Shown here: positions 45,895-58,299 of the stretch, one piece after another
How positions within the stretch are numbered: the first letter of the stretch is position 1
Layout: every line of letters begins with the position of its first letter
Assembly: GCF_006345805.1 (NCBI RefSeq)
Contig: NC_043005.1
Coordinates: forward strand, 57,102,001-57,166,000
Origin: Octopus sinensis
Taxonomy: Eukaryota
Length of the DNA stretch: 64,000 nucleotides
Reading direction: 5' to 3'
Notes under the pieces: generated by a model
What the model was told of the DNA's origin: nothing
The model's database searches: none
Seen by the model: the letters and a program-made list of their open reading frames with translations, nothing else
Translations under genes and position numbers: made by a program

Positions 45895-46486
45895 GGCGGT
45901 GAAAATATAAACGTGAAGTCTTTCTGAGAGCATCTTTATAAAACAAAAGAACATGAAGAATAAAAAAGAGACCCAAAAGGAAAACGTGGAAAATACAAAA
46001 AAAAAAGAGAGAAAAAATCAGACAGAAGAAGAAAAGTACAACAGCATCCATAACCACGATGACGACGACGATGGCGACGACGATGGCGACGACGATGACG
46101 ACGATAACTGTTCAAAGTAACACCAACGTATTATACTTAATACTTGTTTGTGTTTTTGTACCAACTGTTGTTGTTGTTGTTGTTGTTTGCTGCTGCTGCT
46201 GCTGCTGCTACTGCCATTGTTGTTGCCCTAATTTATCACTGCAATCACAATTAATTTTGCTGCAATCTAAAAATGTAGCGAAGTATTTAAGTATTGTCTT
46301 CTTTTCAATAGCTTTGAAATTACCCCGAGGTAGCTACACGTACGCACGCACGCACGCACTCACGCACGCACACACGCACGCACGCACGCACGCACGCACT
46401 CACGCACGCACGCACGCACTCACGCACGCACGGACGCACACAAAGACATATACACATACGCACACATATGCATACGCACACACGCA

Positions 46487-46528
<42 letters not shown>

Positions 46529-46560
46529 ATTCGGCGATGCTGACAGTACAGGGTGGCTAT

Positions 46561-46740
46561 TTTCGTCTGCCGTTACGTTCTGAGTTCAAATTCCGCCGAG
46601 GTCGACTTTGCCTTTCATCCTTTCGGGGTCGATTAAATAAGTACCAGTTACGCACTGGGGTCGATGTAATCGACCTAATCCGTTTGTCTGTCCTTGTTTG
46701 TCCCCTCTGTGTTTAGCCCCTTGTGGGTAGTAAAGAAATA
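46561..46740 (+). mobile_element. 5'-truncated Nin-like SINE
   Basis: TSD AGTACAGGGTGGCTAT at 46545-46560 and 46741-46756. Confidence 0.88.
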
Positions 46741-46827
46741 AGTACAGGGTGGCTATCTATACATTAGTAATACACACACAAATGAGTGTGTGTGTGTATG
46801 TGTGTGTTGTGTGTGTGAGTGTGTGTG

Positions 46828-46867
<40 letters not shown>

Positions 46868-46944
46868 TCTTATTTGCATGTGCGCGTGCGTCCTTACCTG
46901 TCTGCTTATATGCATACATATACTTACATATTCTTTTAAAATTC

Positions 46945-47134
46945 TTTTTACTTGTTTCAGTCATTCGACTGCGGCCATGCTGGAGCACCGCCTTAAAGAG
47001 CTTTAGTCGAAGAACTCGACCTCAAGACTTATACTATCGCTTTTTTTTGGCCGAGCCGCTACGTTATAGGGGCATAAACATACCAGCATCGGTTGTCAAG
47101 CGATGGCGGGAGAACAAACTCACACACACACACT

Positions 47135-47179
<45 letters not shown>

Positions 47180-47339
47180 TACGACATGCTTCTTTCAGTT
47201 TCCATCTACCAAATCCACTCACAAGGCTTTGGTCGGTCCGAAGACACTAGCCCAAAATGCCACGCAGTGGGACGAACCCAGAACCATGTGGTTGGGAAAC
47301 AAGCTTCTTAACACACAGCCACGCCGGTAAGTATAATAG

Positions 47340-47432
<93 letters not shown>

Positions 47433-47758
47433 CTTGGGCAAGTGTCTTCTAATATAGCTTCGGGCCGACCAAAGCCTTGTGAGTGGATTTGGTAGACGGA
47501 AACTGAAAGAAGCCCGTCATATATATGTATATATTTGCGGGTGTGTTTGTGTGTCTGTGTTTGTCCCCCCAACATCGCTTGACAACCGATGCTGGTATGT
47601 TTACGTCCCCGTAACTTAGCGGTTCGGCAAAAGAGACCGATAGAATAAGTACTAGGCTTACAAAGAATAAGTCCTGGGAGTAGATTTCCTCGACAAAAGG
47701 CGGTGCGCCAGCATGGCCGCAGTCAAATGACTGAAACAAGTAAAAGAGTAAAAAGAGT
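46945..47758. mobile_element. Head-to-head pair of microsatellite SINEs
   Basis: Minus copy 46945-47325, plus copy 47433-47758, (TA)n between. Confidence 0.85.
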
Positions 47759-47899
47759 GTGTATATATATATACATATATATATATATTTGATGGCAGTC
47801 CACTCGTGACTGAGGAAAGCCATTACTGACCTTTAGGAACATTGTGCGCTGAAGACTACCTTATAATTTATAAATAAAAAAAGAAAGAGAAGCAATGCA

Positions 47900-48175
47900 C
47901 ATGTAAAGTAAAAGTCAGCAGTGCTCGTGCAAAATGTTTGGTCCAATAAGGCTTGCACGAAACCTCATAGAGCCTCTCCACTTTATGGACATTGTCCAGA
48001 GACAAGCTGATGGAAGATGTCTGGTGCCGATATGAGTTGCAGGCTCAGAGATGCAAACGCAAAAGATCTCCAAAATGTCCGATGCCATTCCATGCGCATC
48101 TGGTTTTATATCAGAGTAGCCTTCTCCTAGAGACATGCTTCATCAAGAGCTAAGGCGTGACTCACTCCCAGTGGT
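47900..48175 (-). mobile_element. RTE LINE 5' region remnant
   Basis: Minus strand CTAGGAGAAGGCTACTCTGATATAAAACC resembles the conserved RTE 5'UTR motif. Confidence 0.45.
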
Positions 48176-48184
48176 CATCCAGGT

Positions 48185-48400
48185 GGAGGCATATGGCCTA
48201 GTGGTCAGAGCAGCGGACTCGTGGTCGAGGGATCGCGGGTTCGAATCTCAGACCGGGCGATGTGTGTGTTTATGAGCGAAACACCTAAGCTCCATGCGGC
48301 TCCGGCAGAAGGTAATGGCGAACTTCTGCTGACTCTTTCGCCACCACTTCTCTCACTCTTTCTTCCTGCATCTTGCAGCTCACCTGCGACGGACCGGCCT
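48185..48400 (+). mobile_element. tRNA-derived SINE, 3'-truncated
   Basis: A-box TGGCCTAGTGG, B-box GGTTCGAATCT; related to 58616. Confidence 0.8.
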
Positions 48401-48475
48401 TCTATATATATATATATACACGCAGATACACACACACACACACACACGCACATGCACGTGCACAAGTACACGCAG

Positions 48476-48517
<42 letters not shown>

Positions 48518-48518
<1 letters not shown>

Positions 48519-48729
48519 AGCATCAAGGATATCCAGAGGTAATGCAGTACGATCGTTTCATGCAACTCCATTTTAAAGACCAATCTTCAGCTGCACAAAG
48601 ATATAGAATTTGTGCAACTGAATATTGCTCTACATTTTAAATTGATGTAACGAAATGATTGGATTGTTCAATAAAACGGAGTTGCATGAAACGATTGTAC
48701 TGCATTACCTCTGGATATCCTTGTTGCTT
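48518..48729. ncRNA. Foldback carrying two inverted hammerhead-like motifs
   Basis: Minus 48544-48594: gcag CTGAAGA ... GAAA CGATCGT A ctgc; plus 48614-48703: gcaa CTGAATA ... GAAA CGATTGT A ctgc; stem II poorly paired. Confidence 0.6.
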
Positions 48730-48824
48730 TAAATCACCTTATTTAAATCACCTTATTTTGAAATTGTATGGATAGTACCGTACTAAATTCGGGTGCCTCA
48801 ACGTAAGTACCATATTCATCTGAA

Positions 48825-48899
<75 letters not shown>

Positions 48900-49369
48900 T
48901 AGATATAGATAGATAGATATAGATAGAAGATAGATAGATAGATACATGCATACATAGATAGACAGAGAGAGAGATAGATACATACATACATAGATACACT
49001 CATACACACACATATTTATATGTATATATATGTGTGTATGTTTAAGTATGTGTGTGTGTGTGTATGCGTGTGTGTGTGTGTGGTAGTGGCGTGGATTGTA
49101 TTAATAAGAAGTAAAATAAGTAAGTATTGTTGATAAAACTTATTCCCTTCCGAATTAAATTCTTCTTTTGAGTTAAAACATATTTAATTCAAGTGAACAT
49201 AGCCAAAAGCATTTAATTTCTCCTTTGGTCTTTGTGGATTAATATTGGCACACCCACATATATAAATGCTGAAATGCACAAATACGCACTCACACACCAC
49301 ACACACACGCACATGTACGTGCACAAGTACGCGCAGATACACACACACACACACGAATATATATAAGTG

Positions 49370-50108
49370 CTAGCATGGCTGTATAGCAAAGAAGCTCGCC
49401 TTGCAAGCACTCGGTTTTGGGTTCAGTCCCACTGCGCGATACCGTGGGAAAATGTTTTTTACTATAGCATCGGGTCAACCAATACCCCGAGAGTGAATGT
49501 GGTAGACGAAAGCTGTGCACGCATGTGCTTGTGCTGTGTTTGTGTCTTTTTCTCACCGCTGGATAACCGATGTTGGCTTGTTTGCATCTGCAAAGTAGAG
49601 TAAGTTCCAGCTTCGCAGAGTAAGTACAGGGGTCGATTTGTTCGACAACAATCTTTCAATGCAGTGACCCAGCATGGCCGCAATCCAATGACTGAAACAT
49701 GTAAAAAATGTTCCCATAGGCGCAGGAGTGGCTGTGTGGTAAGTAGCTTGCTTACCAGCCACGTGGTTCCGGGTTCAGTCCCACTGCGTGACAACTTGGG
49801 CAAGTGTCTTCTACTATAGCCTCAGGCCGACCAAAGCCTTGTGAGTGGATTTGGTAGACGGAAACTGAAAGAAGCCCGTTGTATATATGTTTATATATAT
49901 GTATGTATATGTGTGTATATGTTTGTGTGTCTGTTTGTCCACCCCAACATCGCTCGACAACCGAATGTAGCGGTTCGACAAAAGTGACCGATACACTAAG
50001 TACTAGGCTTACAAAGAATATGTCCTGGGGTCGATTTGCTCGACTAAAGGCGGTGCTCCAGCATGGCCACAGTCACATGACTGAAACAAGTAAAAGAGTA
50101 AAGAGAGT
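49370..50108 (+). mobile_element. Two tandem microsatellite SINEs (older 49370-49708, younger 49719-50108)
   Basis: Family match. Confidence 0.85.
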
Positions 50109-50221
50109 ATGACGATCCGTTGCGTTTAAACATTCGGTTGCAGAATTCGTTCCACAAAACCACAACAGTTATAATAAGAACTTATAATCATTATAAGAGC
50201 TTATAATCATCCTACGCAAAA

Positions 50222-50885
50222 CACTTTCAATACAGTAACCATCAGAGCATCACAACAAACCACAGCACATACCCAAGGCACACAGAACTGCGCTCGGTAG
50301 TGAAACGAACTTCTGCAGGATATGTGGGAAGAGGGGTCGAAAGCGTGACTCACATTATTAGTACTTGTGAAAGTCTTGCGCAGAAAGGATACAAGCGCAG
50401 ACATGACAAGGTAGCCCAAATCAAATTCACTGTCTAATATGACGGAAGTATGGATACGTGGTAACGGGTGCTTGGTGCTAACATACATCGGAAAAGTTAA
50501 TAAACGAAAAGTGGAAGGCAAAAGTCCACTGGGACTTTGGCTTCCAGACAGACTAGGTCATGAGAGAAAGAGAAAAGATCGATAAATATGGTGACCTAAG
50601 AATTGAGATCGCCAAGATGTGGCAGTTACGAGCGGTAAACATTAATGTTATCCCTGTTGTAATCGGAACATTGGGTTCAATACCACCCAACCTGAAAAAG
50701 CATCTGGAAAATTTAGAAATACCCTACAATATTGGTGTATTGCAAAAATCGGTATTACTTGGAAGTGCAAGCATATTGCGTAAAGTAGTCTGTCCGAGGT
50801 CCTTGTTGTGAGTTGACGAGCAGTACAAAGTCCAGATACACACAGTATCTTCAATCAACATCACGTTATTGTATTCTGTGCGACG
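50222..50885 (+). mobile_element. R4/Dong-like LINE 3' fragments
   Basis: EKIDKYGDLRIEIAKMWQL....IPVVIGTLG...LQKSVLLGSASILRKV followed by (CAA)/(TAA)n. Confidence 0.8.
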
Positions 50886-50948
50886 TCTTAAACAACAACA
50901 ACAATAATAATAACAATAATAATAATAATGATAATAATGATAATAATG

Positions 50949-51055
<107 letters not shown>

Positions 51056-51153
51056 GAAGGCACAATCGTTAGCACGCCGGACAAAATGCTTACTGGCATT
51101 TCGTCCGTCTTTACGTTCTGAATTCAAATTCCGCAGAGGTCCTGAAATAGCTA

Positions 51154-51640
51154 TGTTGAGAATAGGTTGTGTAAATGCTCGTGGGCTATGAGTGACGAAG
51201 AAGCAAGGACACTTGTTCAACGATCTCATGTCACTATGTCTAGATGTTGTAGCCATTAGCGAGACCAGGATTTCTGAAACCCATTCTTTTGCTCAGCTTC
51301 TGGATGACTACCTGGCTTACAACTCGTTTGGTAGGTCTGGATCAATTGACACAGCCGTAGTTTCAGAAAGGCTTAGACGTAAAGGTGAATATGGTTTTCC
51401 TAGACACGGTCATTGGGTAAAAACGAAGGCGATGATGTAACTTTTCAAACTGGTGGTCCTCTACGCTCCAGCGAACAACCCCTGTCAAGTGAACTGGAGA
51501 GGGTGAACACTGTTGAGGAAGGATCTGAACAAAGGGCGTGCGAAAGAAAATTTCAAACTCAGAACTTTGCTCAATACAAAGTTAGAGATTTTGACAAAAG
51601 TGGTCGCCAAGAGGATGGCTCTTGTCGAAAATATACAAAC
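51154..51640 (+). mobile_element. Tx1/L1 ORF2 remnants (APE N-terminus, start of RT)
   Basis: LRIGCVNARGL...LDVVAISETR; ENF...TLLNTKLEILTKVVAKRM. Confidence 0.65.
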
Positions 51641-52945
51641 TGTAATATTTGAAAAAAAAATGGGAAAAAATTTTGGCAAAGCTAGCATTGAGAACATGTA
51701 TGATCATGAGCGAGTTTGTGATGATTTATACATAATCAGCATGTGAACGGTCTAACATGCAAAATTCATGGCAGATTTCGATGAAATAATAGGATGCAGT
51801 ATGGTAGACATGAAATATTTCGGTAAATGAATCTTACTAAATCGATGACAAATATCACTAGATTCTGTGGAGATGAACAGACAACAAACCGTCAACGGGC
51901 AGGATCAAGCATTTCACTTAGAGAAGTACTGCTATCATTTGTAGTCGTGGCGTGCACAGATGAGATATTTCAATCAGCGAAAGATTAATGTGATGTCAGT
52001 TGTCTGATGTGTAAGAGTGACTTTTGGGGCTTGAAAATGACTCTCAAAATAGAATAACAGAAGCGTGTTACATATTAGTTACAAATCTTATGAATAAATA
52101 ATGACTGTAAAAGCAGAATAGTTGCTCAGACCTGTAATGAAGCTGTCGTGACTAGGAAGTTGTAGGACCTGTTGTCAATCAAGAGTTAAAGGAAACTATC
52201 TATATGCTTGACACACAGTTTTGCATTTAGACTAATTGAGTTTTATCACAATTGATGCCTTGAAAGAATTCTGGACTATTCTACAAAAAGATCATACGTT
52301 CTTAATAAAGAAATGACTATGAGAAAACTTTCGAAGGAATCAACTGCTCGTTTAAATTATGTTTCAAAGCTAGTTGCAACTAAATTTGAATATAAAGAAT
52401 CCATTACATTGTGAAACACCTTGGGTAGCAACTGCTATTTCCTATTTGCTTATCCCTAGAAAGCATGAAAAATGGCTAATATTTCCTTCAAACTTTGCAT
52501 TTGTTACGTTTATTCAAACTCCAAAGAATCCTTCTCAACACATAGCTATGATGCTCCTCCACTACTCCTATTCATAATCAGAGATGCAGATATTGCTAGT
52601 CAGTAAAGGACATGCTCAAATTGTTAAGGTCAAGCAACTGACAAGCAAATCTGTGGTATTGAGCAGAATATTTGCTATAACGATGTCTGAAATGTAATGG
52701 AAAATAGGTCAGTTTCCAAACATTACTGTCTGGGTTACAAAAGCAAAGTTTGAAGGAAATATTAGTCACTTCCTTTGATTAGTAGGTAGAAGCATATAGG
52801 AAATAACACTTACTGGCCAAAGACAAAAAATATAAAAAATTAAAAAATAATTTTTTTACACTGTTATTGATGAATTCGAGAAATTGAGAGACCCTGAATC
52901 TAAATAGAATCAAGAATCATATGCAGGCAAAAATTATTTCTTGTC

Positions 52946-52997
<52 letters not shown>

Positions 52998-53075
52998 GGT
53001 AAAACATAAATCCGAAATAGAAGCAGACTCTAAGTTATAGAGCAGTATATCATATAGATGAAGTTAGATGACGCC

Positions 53076-53149
53076 GGTTTTATGAGATTACCCTGGGTTT
53101 CACGTCCATAACGCGCTTAGCATTACAGTGTATCGTCAGATCCCTAACC
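53076..53149 (-). ncRNA. Hammerhead ribozyme
   Basis: Minus strand: ggtt-agggat CTGACGA t ac..tgtaatgc/gcgttatg..gt GAAA CCCaGGGT A atctc..aacc. Confidence 0.75.
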
Positions 53150-53458
53150 TGTTGGTTTATGACCTCTCTAGCAAGTGGCCTCTCCAGAAAATAGAGGAAG
53201 AAAAGACTTCGTTACTTTATGTCAATCACAAAGGATTGTCTCCCTCTGGCTGTCAATTGTAAATGACCATTATCGCGTGGATCCCAGTAGGCCAGCAGGA
53301 ATTTCCTGAAATGCAAGTATGGTCTGAAGACCTCCGTTATGGAGTTAAGGATGTTCTCGGTTCGAGGGACTCCTTTACTATCCCCGCCCGCTCAGCTATG
53401 CACAGTTTACAACGCTTAATCCCGTCTATGTAGGAACCTAGATTTTCTAGGATTCTCC

Positions 53459-53795
53459 ATGATATTACGTGCGCTATTTCGGTCGTCCTTCAATGATGAT
53501 GACCACAACAACAGTACCATTCCCAACGCCAGTAGTAGCCGCACCAAAACCATCGCCACCTCCAGTGACACCTACACTAACAGCACCAGTACCGACAGCA
53601 GCAGTAGTAGCTGCGTCAACACCAGCAGATTCAATATTGCCGACACCCGAACACGGAGATACATCGGATGCTCTGGTAACACATTCAAGCAACGCTTCTC
53701 CAACCACAGCTCTTCCTTCAGGATACCGGAAACGAGATACATTACGTCATTAACTAGCCATGTATAGCAACCGAAGGACGACTGCATTTAAAAGA
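53459..53795 (+). pseudogene. Penelope-type GIY-YIG endonuclease fragment with S/T/N-rich leader
   Basis: RYIGCSGNTFKQRFSNHSSSFR.....TSLTSHV*. Confidence 0.75.
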
Positions 53796-54047
53796 CTGCA
53801 AAAAAGAAGTGCTCAAATGAGACTGAGACAGAGATAAAAAGAAACATTGATAAGAGAACAAACATCATATTCGAATATATATTTTTTAATTGCATATATT
53901 TTTTACCTTCTGTGTTTTTTTTAAATATGTATTCTTTATATGTTAAAGGCCATGGTAATATTTATATATGATCAAATGTATTGTATCGTGGTGTTATATA
54001 AAGTCGTCGACTCAAATTTGATGTTTGTTCTCTTATCAATGTTTATA

Positions 54048-54778
54048 TCTATATTTATAAAGGTAAGGTTGACTGTGTGTATGTGGCAGGTTTGGTAGCC
54101 TTTAACTAACACTATCTCCCGCGAAACCCTGCGGTGCAAGTTGACCAAAATCGACAGTATGATAGAAGTAGGCTTGCTCTTCATTCCGTATAAGAAAAAA
54201 TTCAAATCGGACCATGTTAACACCAAAAATTATTTACATCAAAAAGGTGCTTTTTTCTATGAAAATCCTTATTTTTTTACGATTGTTTGACTGCTGTGTC
54301 GCCATTTTTGGGTGTATTTCAACCAGAAAAATGTTCACTTAAAGAGACTAACCAGCTACATAATCCAACAGTTTTACTTTTCAAAAATTCCAATTCTAAA
54401 GGGTCGAAAATAATTTTTTTGTGATGTCATTGGTTTTGCGCGAACGACGGATTTTTCTGTACTTTTTTAATGAATACTGTTTCAGTGTTAACTTCTTAAT
54501 AGATTTTCAGTGCAGTTCGAAACTTGAGCTTCATTTTGCTTTAAATCTACGAGTAATTCTTTTCTCCATAATGTTCATAGAAGGAATATTAACCAACAAT
54601 ACCAACAATTGAAGTCAGCATTACACATTTTCAGCACATTCAGAGCAAACTTGAGCATCGCCACAGAATACTTTCATTCATAGATTGAAACTATGTCAAA
54701 ACTTTGTTAACGCGACATCAAAGTCTGCCGTTTTAAGCGCAACTAAAAAAACAAACCCGAGCAGGGCTATACTGCTAG
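54048..54778 (+). mobile_element. Non-autonomous Helitron
   Basis: 5' TCTATATTTATAAAG; 3' ACAAACCCGAGCAGGGCTATACTGCTAG|T shared with the other Helitrons. Confidence 0.7.
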
Positions 54779-54953
54779 TATATATAATAAGAAATATTAG
54801 TAGCCACTTCAGCATAGCTGTCCGTTCGAACGGAGTTTATTGCGATTTTTTAACACCCAGAGGACATCTCCTGTAGCTGATTAACGATGCACAGCTGCAT
54901 CCGATATATTGCGAGCAAGGGAGCGAACCCCCACCTTCTAGCGACGGGACCAG

Positions 54954-55000
54954 CAGACCAGCCTAGTTTCGGGCTATTTCTTGCCGCTCTTCAGTACTGG
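54954..55000 (-). ncRNA. Decayed hammerhead motif
   Basis: Minus strand: cagta CTGAAGA GcGGC aagaaata GCCC GAAA CTAGG C tgg; conserved U16.1 replaced. Confidence 0.5.
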
Positions 55001-55077
55001 ACACCCCGTCTGCTCGCAATAATAGTAATAATATTTTATTAAATTCTACACACACATACACACACCACACCTACACA

Positions 55078-55124
<47 letters not shown>

Positions 55125-55131
55125 AATCGAG

Positions 55132-55762
55132 GGATCTTTTCGCTTTAGCCGGCAGGTTTTTTAAATAATTTCCATGTAACTAAACACTTTAAAACTTCGT
55201 ATACTGGTAGAATGTGTTTATAAAACATCTTTTACTCTTGGCTTTCTTGAGAAAATTCTGTAGTTTGTAAGATATTTGTAAGATATTTTCAACCAATCAA
55301 TGACGTCTATTGAGGTGAAAACATTCTCTGCCGTAAACATTTTCTGGCGGTGTGATATGAAAATGTCCCTCGTTTAAGAAACAAATTGGGTTTATTAACA
55401 GTTCTGAAGAAAAAAAGATACCCTTCCTCCCACCCCTAACTAACCCTAAAACAGATTGATATGCAATAGATCGATAGTAGGGTCATAATTATGGGTGACA
55501 TTTTCATATGACACCGCCAGAAAATGTTGTTTACACTCTACGGCAGAAATCGTTTTCACCTCAATAGACGTCATTGATTGGTTGAAACTGCCGAAATTGA
55601 AGAAAATATCTTACAAATATCTTACAAACAACAGAATTTTTTTCAAGAAAGTTAAGAGACAAAGATGTTTTATAAATACATTCTACCAGTATACGAAGTT
55701 TAAAATTCTTTAAGTTACATGGAAATTATTTTAAAAATCTGCCGGTCAAAGCGAAAAGATCC
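55132..55762. mobile_element. Palindromic MITE, GG..CC termini, 8-bp TSD, internal CCCTAA repeats
   Basis: GGATCTTTTCGCTT / AAGCGAAAAGATCC; TSD AAATCGAG. Confidence 0.85.
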
Positions 55763-55790
55763 AAATCGAGGAAGAATTGAAGACAACGAA

Positions 55791-55846
<56 letters not shown>

Positions 55847-56685
55847 AGTGACGTATATGGAGTTTTATGCTGGTTGGGGTATAGAGATCTGTGTGGAAGC
55901 GTATTCGCAAGTATAAATAAATGAGTGTCAGTGTGTCTATATGTATATGTGTTAATACAAATGTTTGTAGAAGTCAACGTGTTGAATAATATATAATATT
56001 AGGGAATAGATATAATTTGCAGTCTCTGAATAAAATGCATATGCACGTGCACCCCACTCAAATCCTTCCTTCTTAACCTACTTCCTTTCAATGATTATAA
56101 ACGGGGTGAGTTATCTCAGTTGTCTGTTATACCCTATTCCCTTACAGCCTCCAGGGTTGATAAGATATATACGTGTGTGTGTGTATGTGTGTGTGTGTGA
56201 GACTGTGTGTGCGTGCGTGTGAACACATATACACATAAATTCATAGCTTTATATACATACACATGTATACAGACATTTGTGTGTGTGTGTATATACATAT
56301 ATGTATATACGCATATATATACACATCTCCGCCTCTCTATACACACATACATACGCACACGGGGATAGATACCCGCAAACATACGTATATAAGTTATTTG
56401 CAGTTAGTTGTCATGTGATCACGTAATGGACAATGTTTTCTCGTTTAGTTTTGCTTTCTTTTATTTTGCTCTTGTGTGCCGCGGTCTTATTTGATCATGT
56501 TTTGTCTAGCTTTATCCACCCGTCCCCGACACACATAATCACAATACACCGGCTTGCGGCACACAAAACTGACATACACTAACAACAAGACTTACATACA
56601 CACATACACACAGCAGCCGACACGCACACAAGTTCTCGAGCACCACCAGCAAAAATATTTTTTTCCTCTGTCTTCCCTTCTCCTT

Positions 56686-56720
56686 GTTTCCGACGAAGAG
56701 CTCCGCTCGAAACGTTAAAC
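56686..56720 (+). ncRNA. Minimal hammerhead motif (CCGACGA variant) in module 56660-56823
   Basis: gttt CCGACGA A GAGC tcc GCTC GAAA CGT T aaac; stems I and II fully paired. Confidence 0.7.
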
Positions 56721-56823
56721 CCTCCTTCCCTTCTTTCCTGAGCGTCAAATAATACTTTAATTGTTCCACGTCTTCGCGTTGCTGTGTTTTTTTCTGTGTT
56801 TTCTTGTTTGGATTAACTTTAAC

Positions 56824-56914
<91 letters not shown>

Positions 56915-57077
56915 ATATAAAACAAAGTGAAGTTGTAAGATACTGCACGAGTGGAAATATATATATGAAAGAAGGTTTGAAAATGCAATTTTAAAAGGTG
57001 TTTATTCACTTGACCGGTTTCACATTTTTAGAAAAAGATTGTCAAGAGTAAAATGTAAAAGCTTTGTAAAAACTTTG

Positions 57078-57547
57078 GGATCTTTTCGGTTTGAACGGCA
57101 GTTTTTAACAAATTCTAGGTAACTAAAAAATTTTAAACTTCGTATACTGGTAGAATGTGATTATAAAACATCTTTTTCTCTTGGCTTTATTGAGAAAATT
57201 CTATGGTTTGTAAGATATTTGTTGGTTTGTAAGATATTTGTTGTTTATTGAGAAAATTCTATGGTTTGTAAGATATTTGTTGTTGTTTCAACCAATCACT
57301 GACGTCTATTGAGGTAAAAAAACATTCTGTGCCGTCTGAATACGTCCCTCGTTTCAGAAACAGATTGAGTTTATTTACATTTATAAAGAAAAAAAAGATA
57401 CCCTTCCCCCACCCCTAACCCTAACCCTAACTAACCCTAACCCTAAAACAGATTGAAATGCAATAGATTGATACTAGGGTCATAATTATGGGTGACAATT
57501 TCATATGACACCGTTAGAAAAAACTGCTGTTCAAACCGAAAAGATCA
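57078..57547. mobile_element. MITE of the 55132 family with short TIRs
   Basis: GGATCTTTTCGGTTTGAACGGCAG / CTGCTGTTCAAACCGAAAAGATC; TSD AAACTTTG; (CCCTAA)n at 57412-57446. Confidence 0.85.
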
Positions 57548-58299
57548 AAACTTTGTTGTGTTAAGTACTGGTTGTCACAAAATATTACAATACATATATA
57601 CATTCTTTGATAATAATAAGAAAAATGTTAAAACAGTTTACAAGGAAAAATCTTAAAAAGTTAATTGAAAATATTAGGATTTCATTAAAAATCATGTTTG
57701 TTTGGAAGTATCTATATATATACACAGAAAATTATAAGTTCAAGAAGGTCATATTTTGGTGGTATATGTATATATACAGAAGAAGATATATTTAGGAGTT
57801 TACAAAGAATTTGAGAAAAACTGACCTGTTTTACCATTTTTCTATATATATCTCACAGAATTGGCTAATTAAAAGCTTATTACACTGGCGGTGCCCCAGC
57901 AATGGTAATCTCCTGGTCGATGATAATCAACGATTACATTAAATATTACTGTTTAAAAGATGTTAGAGTGTGCATTTCTTGGAACTTATGAAAAATTGAC
58001 CGATTATATATATAGATATTGATATAGATACATATATACATATATATTTATTCATACATTTCATACATCCATACATGCAAACATACATACATATATACAT
58101 ACATGCATACATGCATACATGCATACATACATATATATACATACATACATACATACATGCATACATACATACATACATACATACATACATACATACATAC
58201 ATACATACATACATACATACAAACATACATACATAATATTACATATACTGCAGTATAAACTATATAGATGACATATATCTAAACATATTTATAAATACA

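Noticed and set aside
57412-57446. Chromosome telomere
   Set aside because: Only a few hexamers, internal to a MITE
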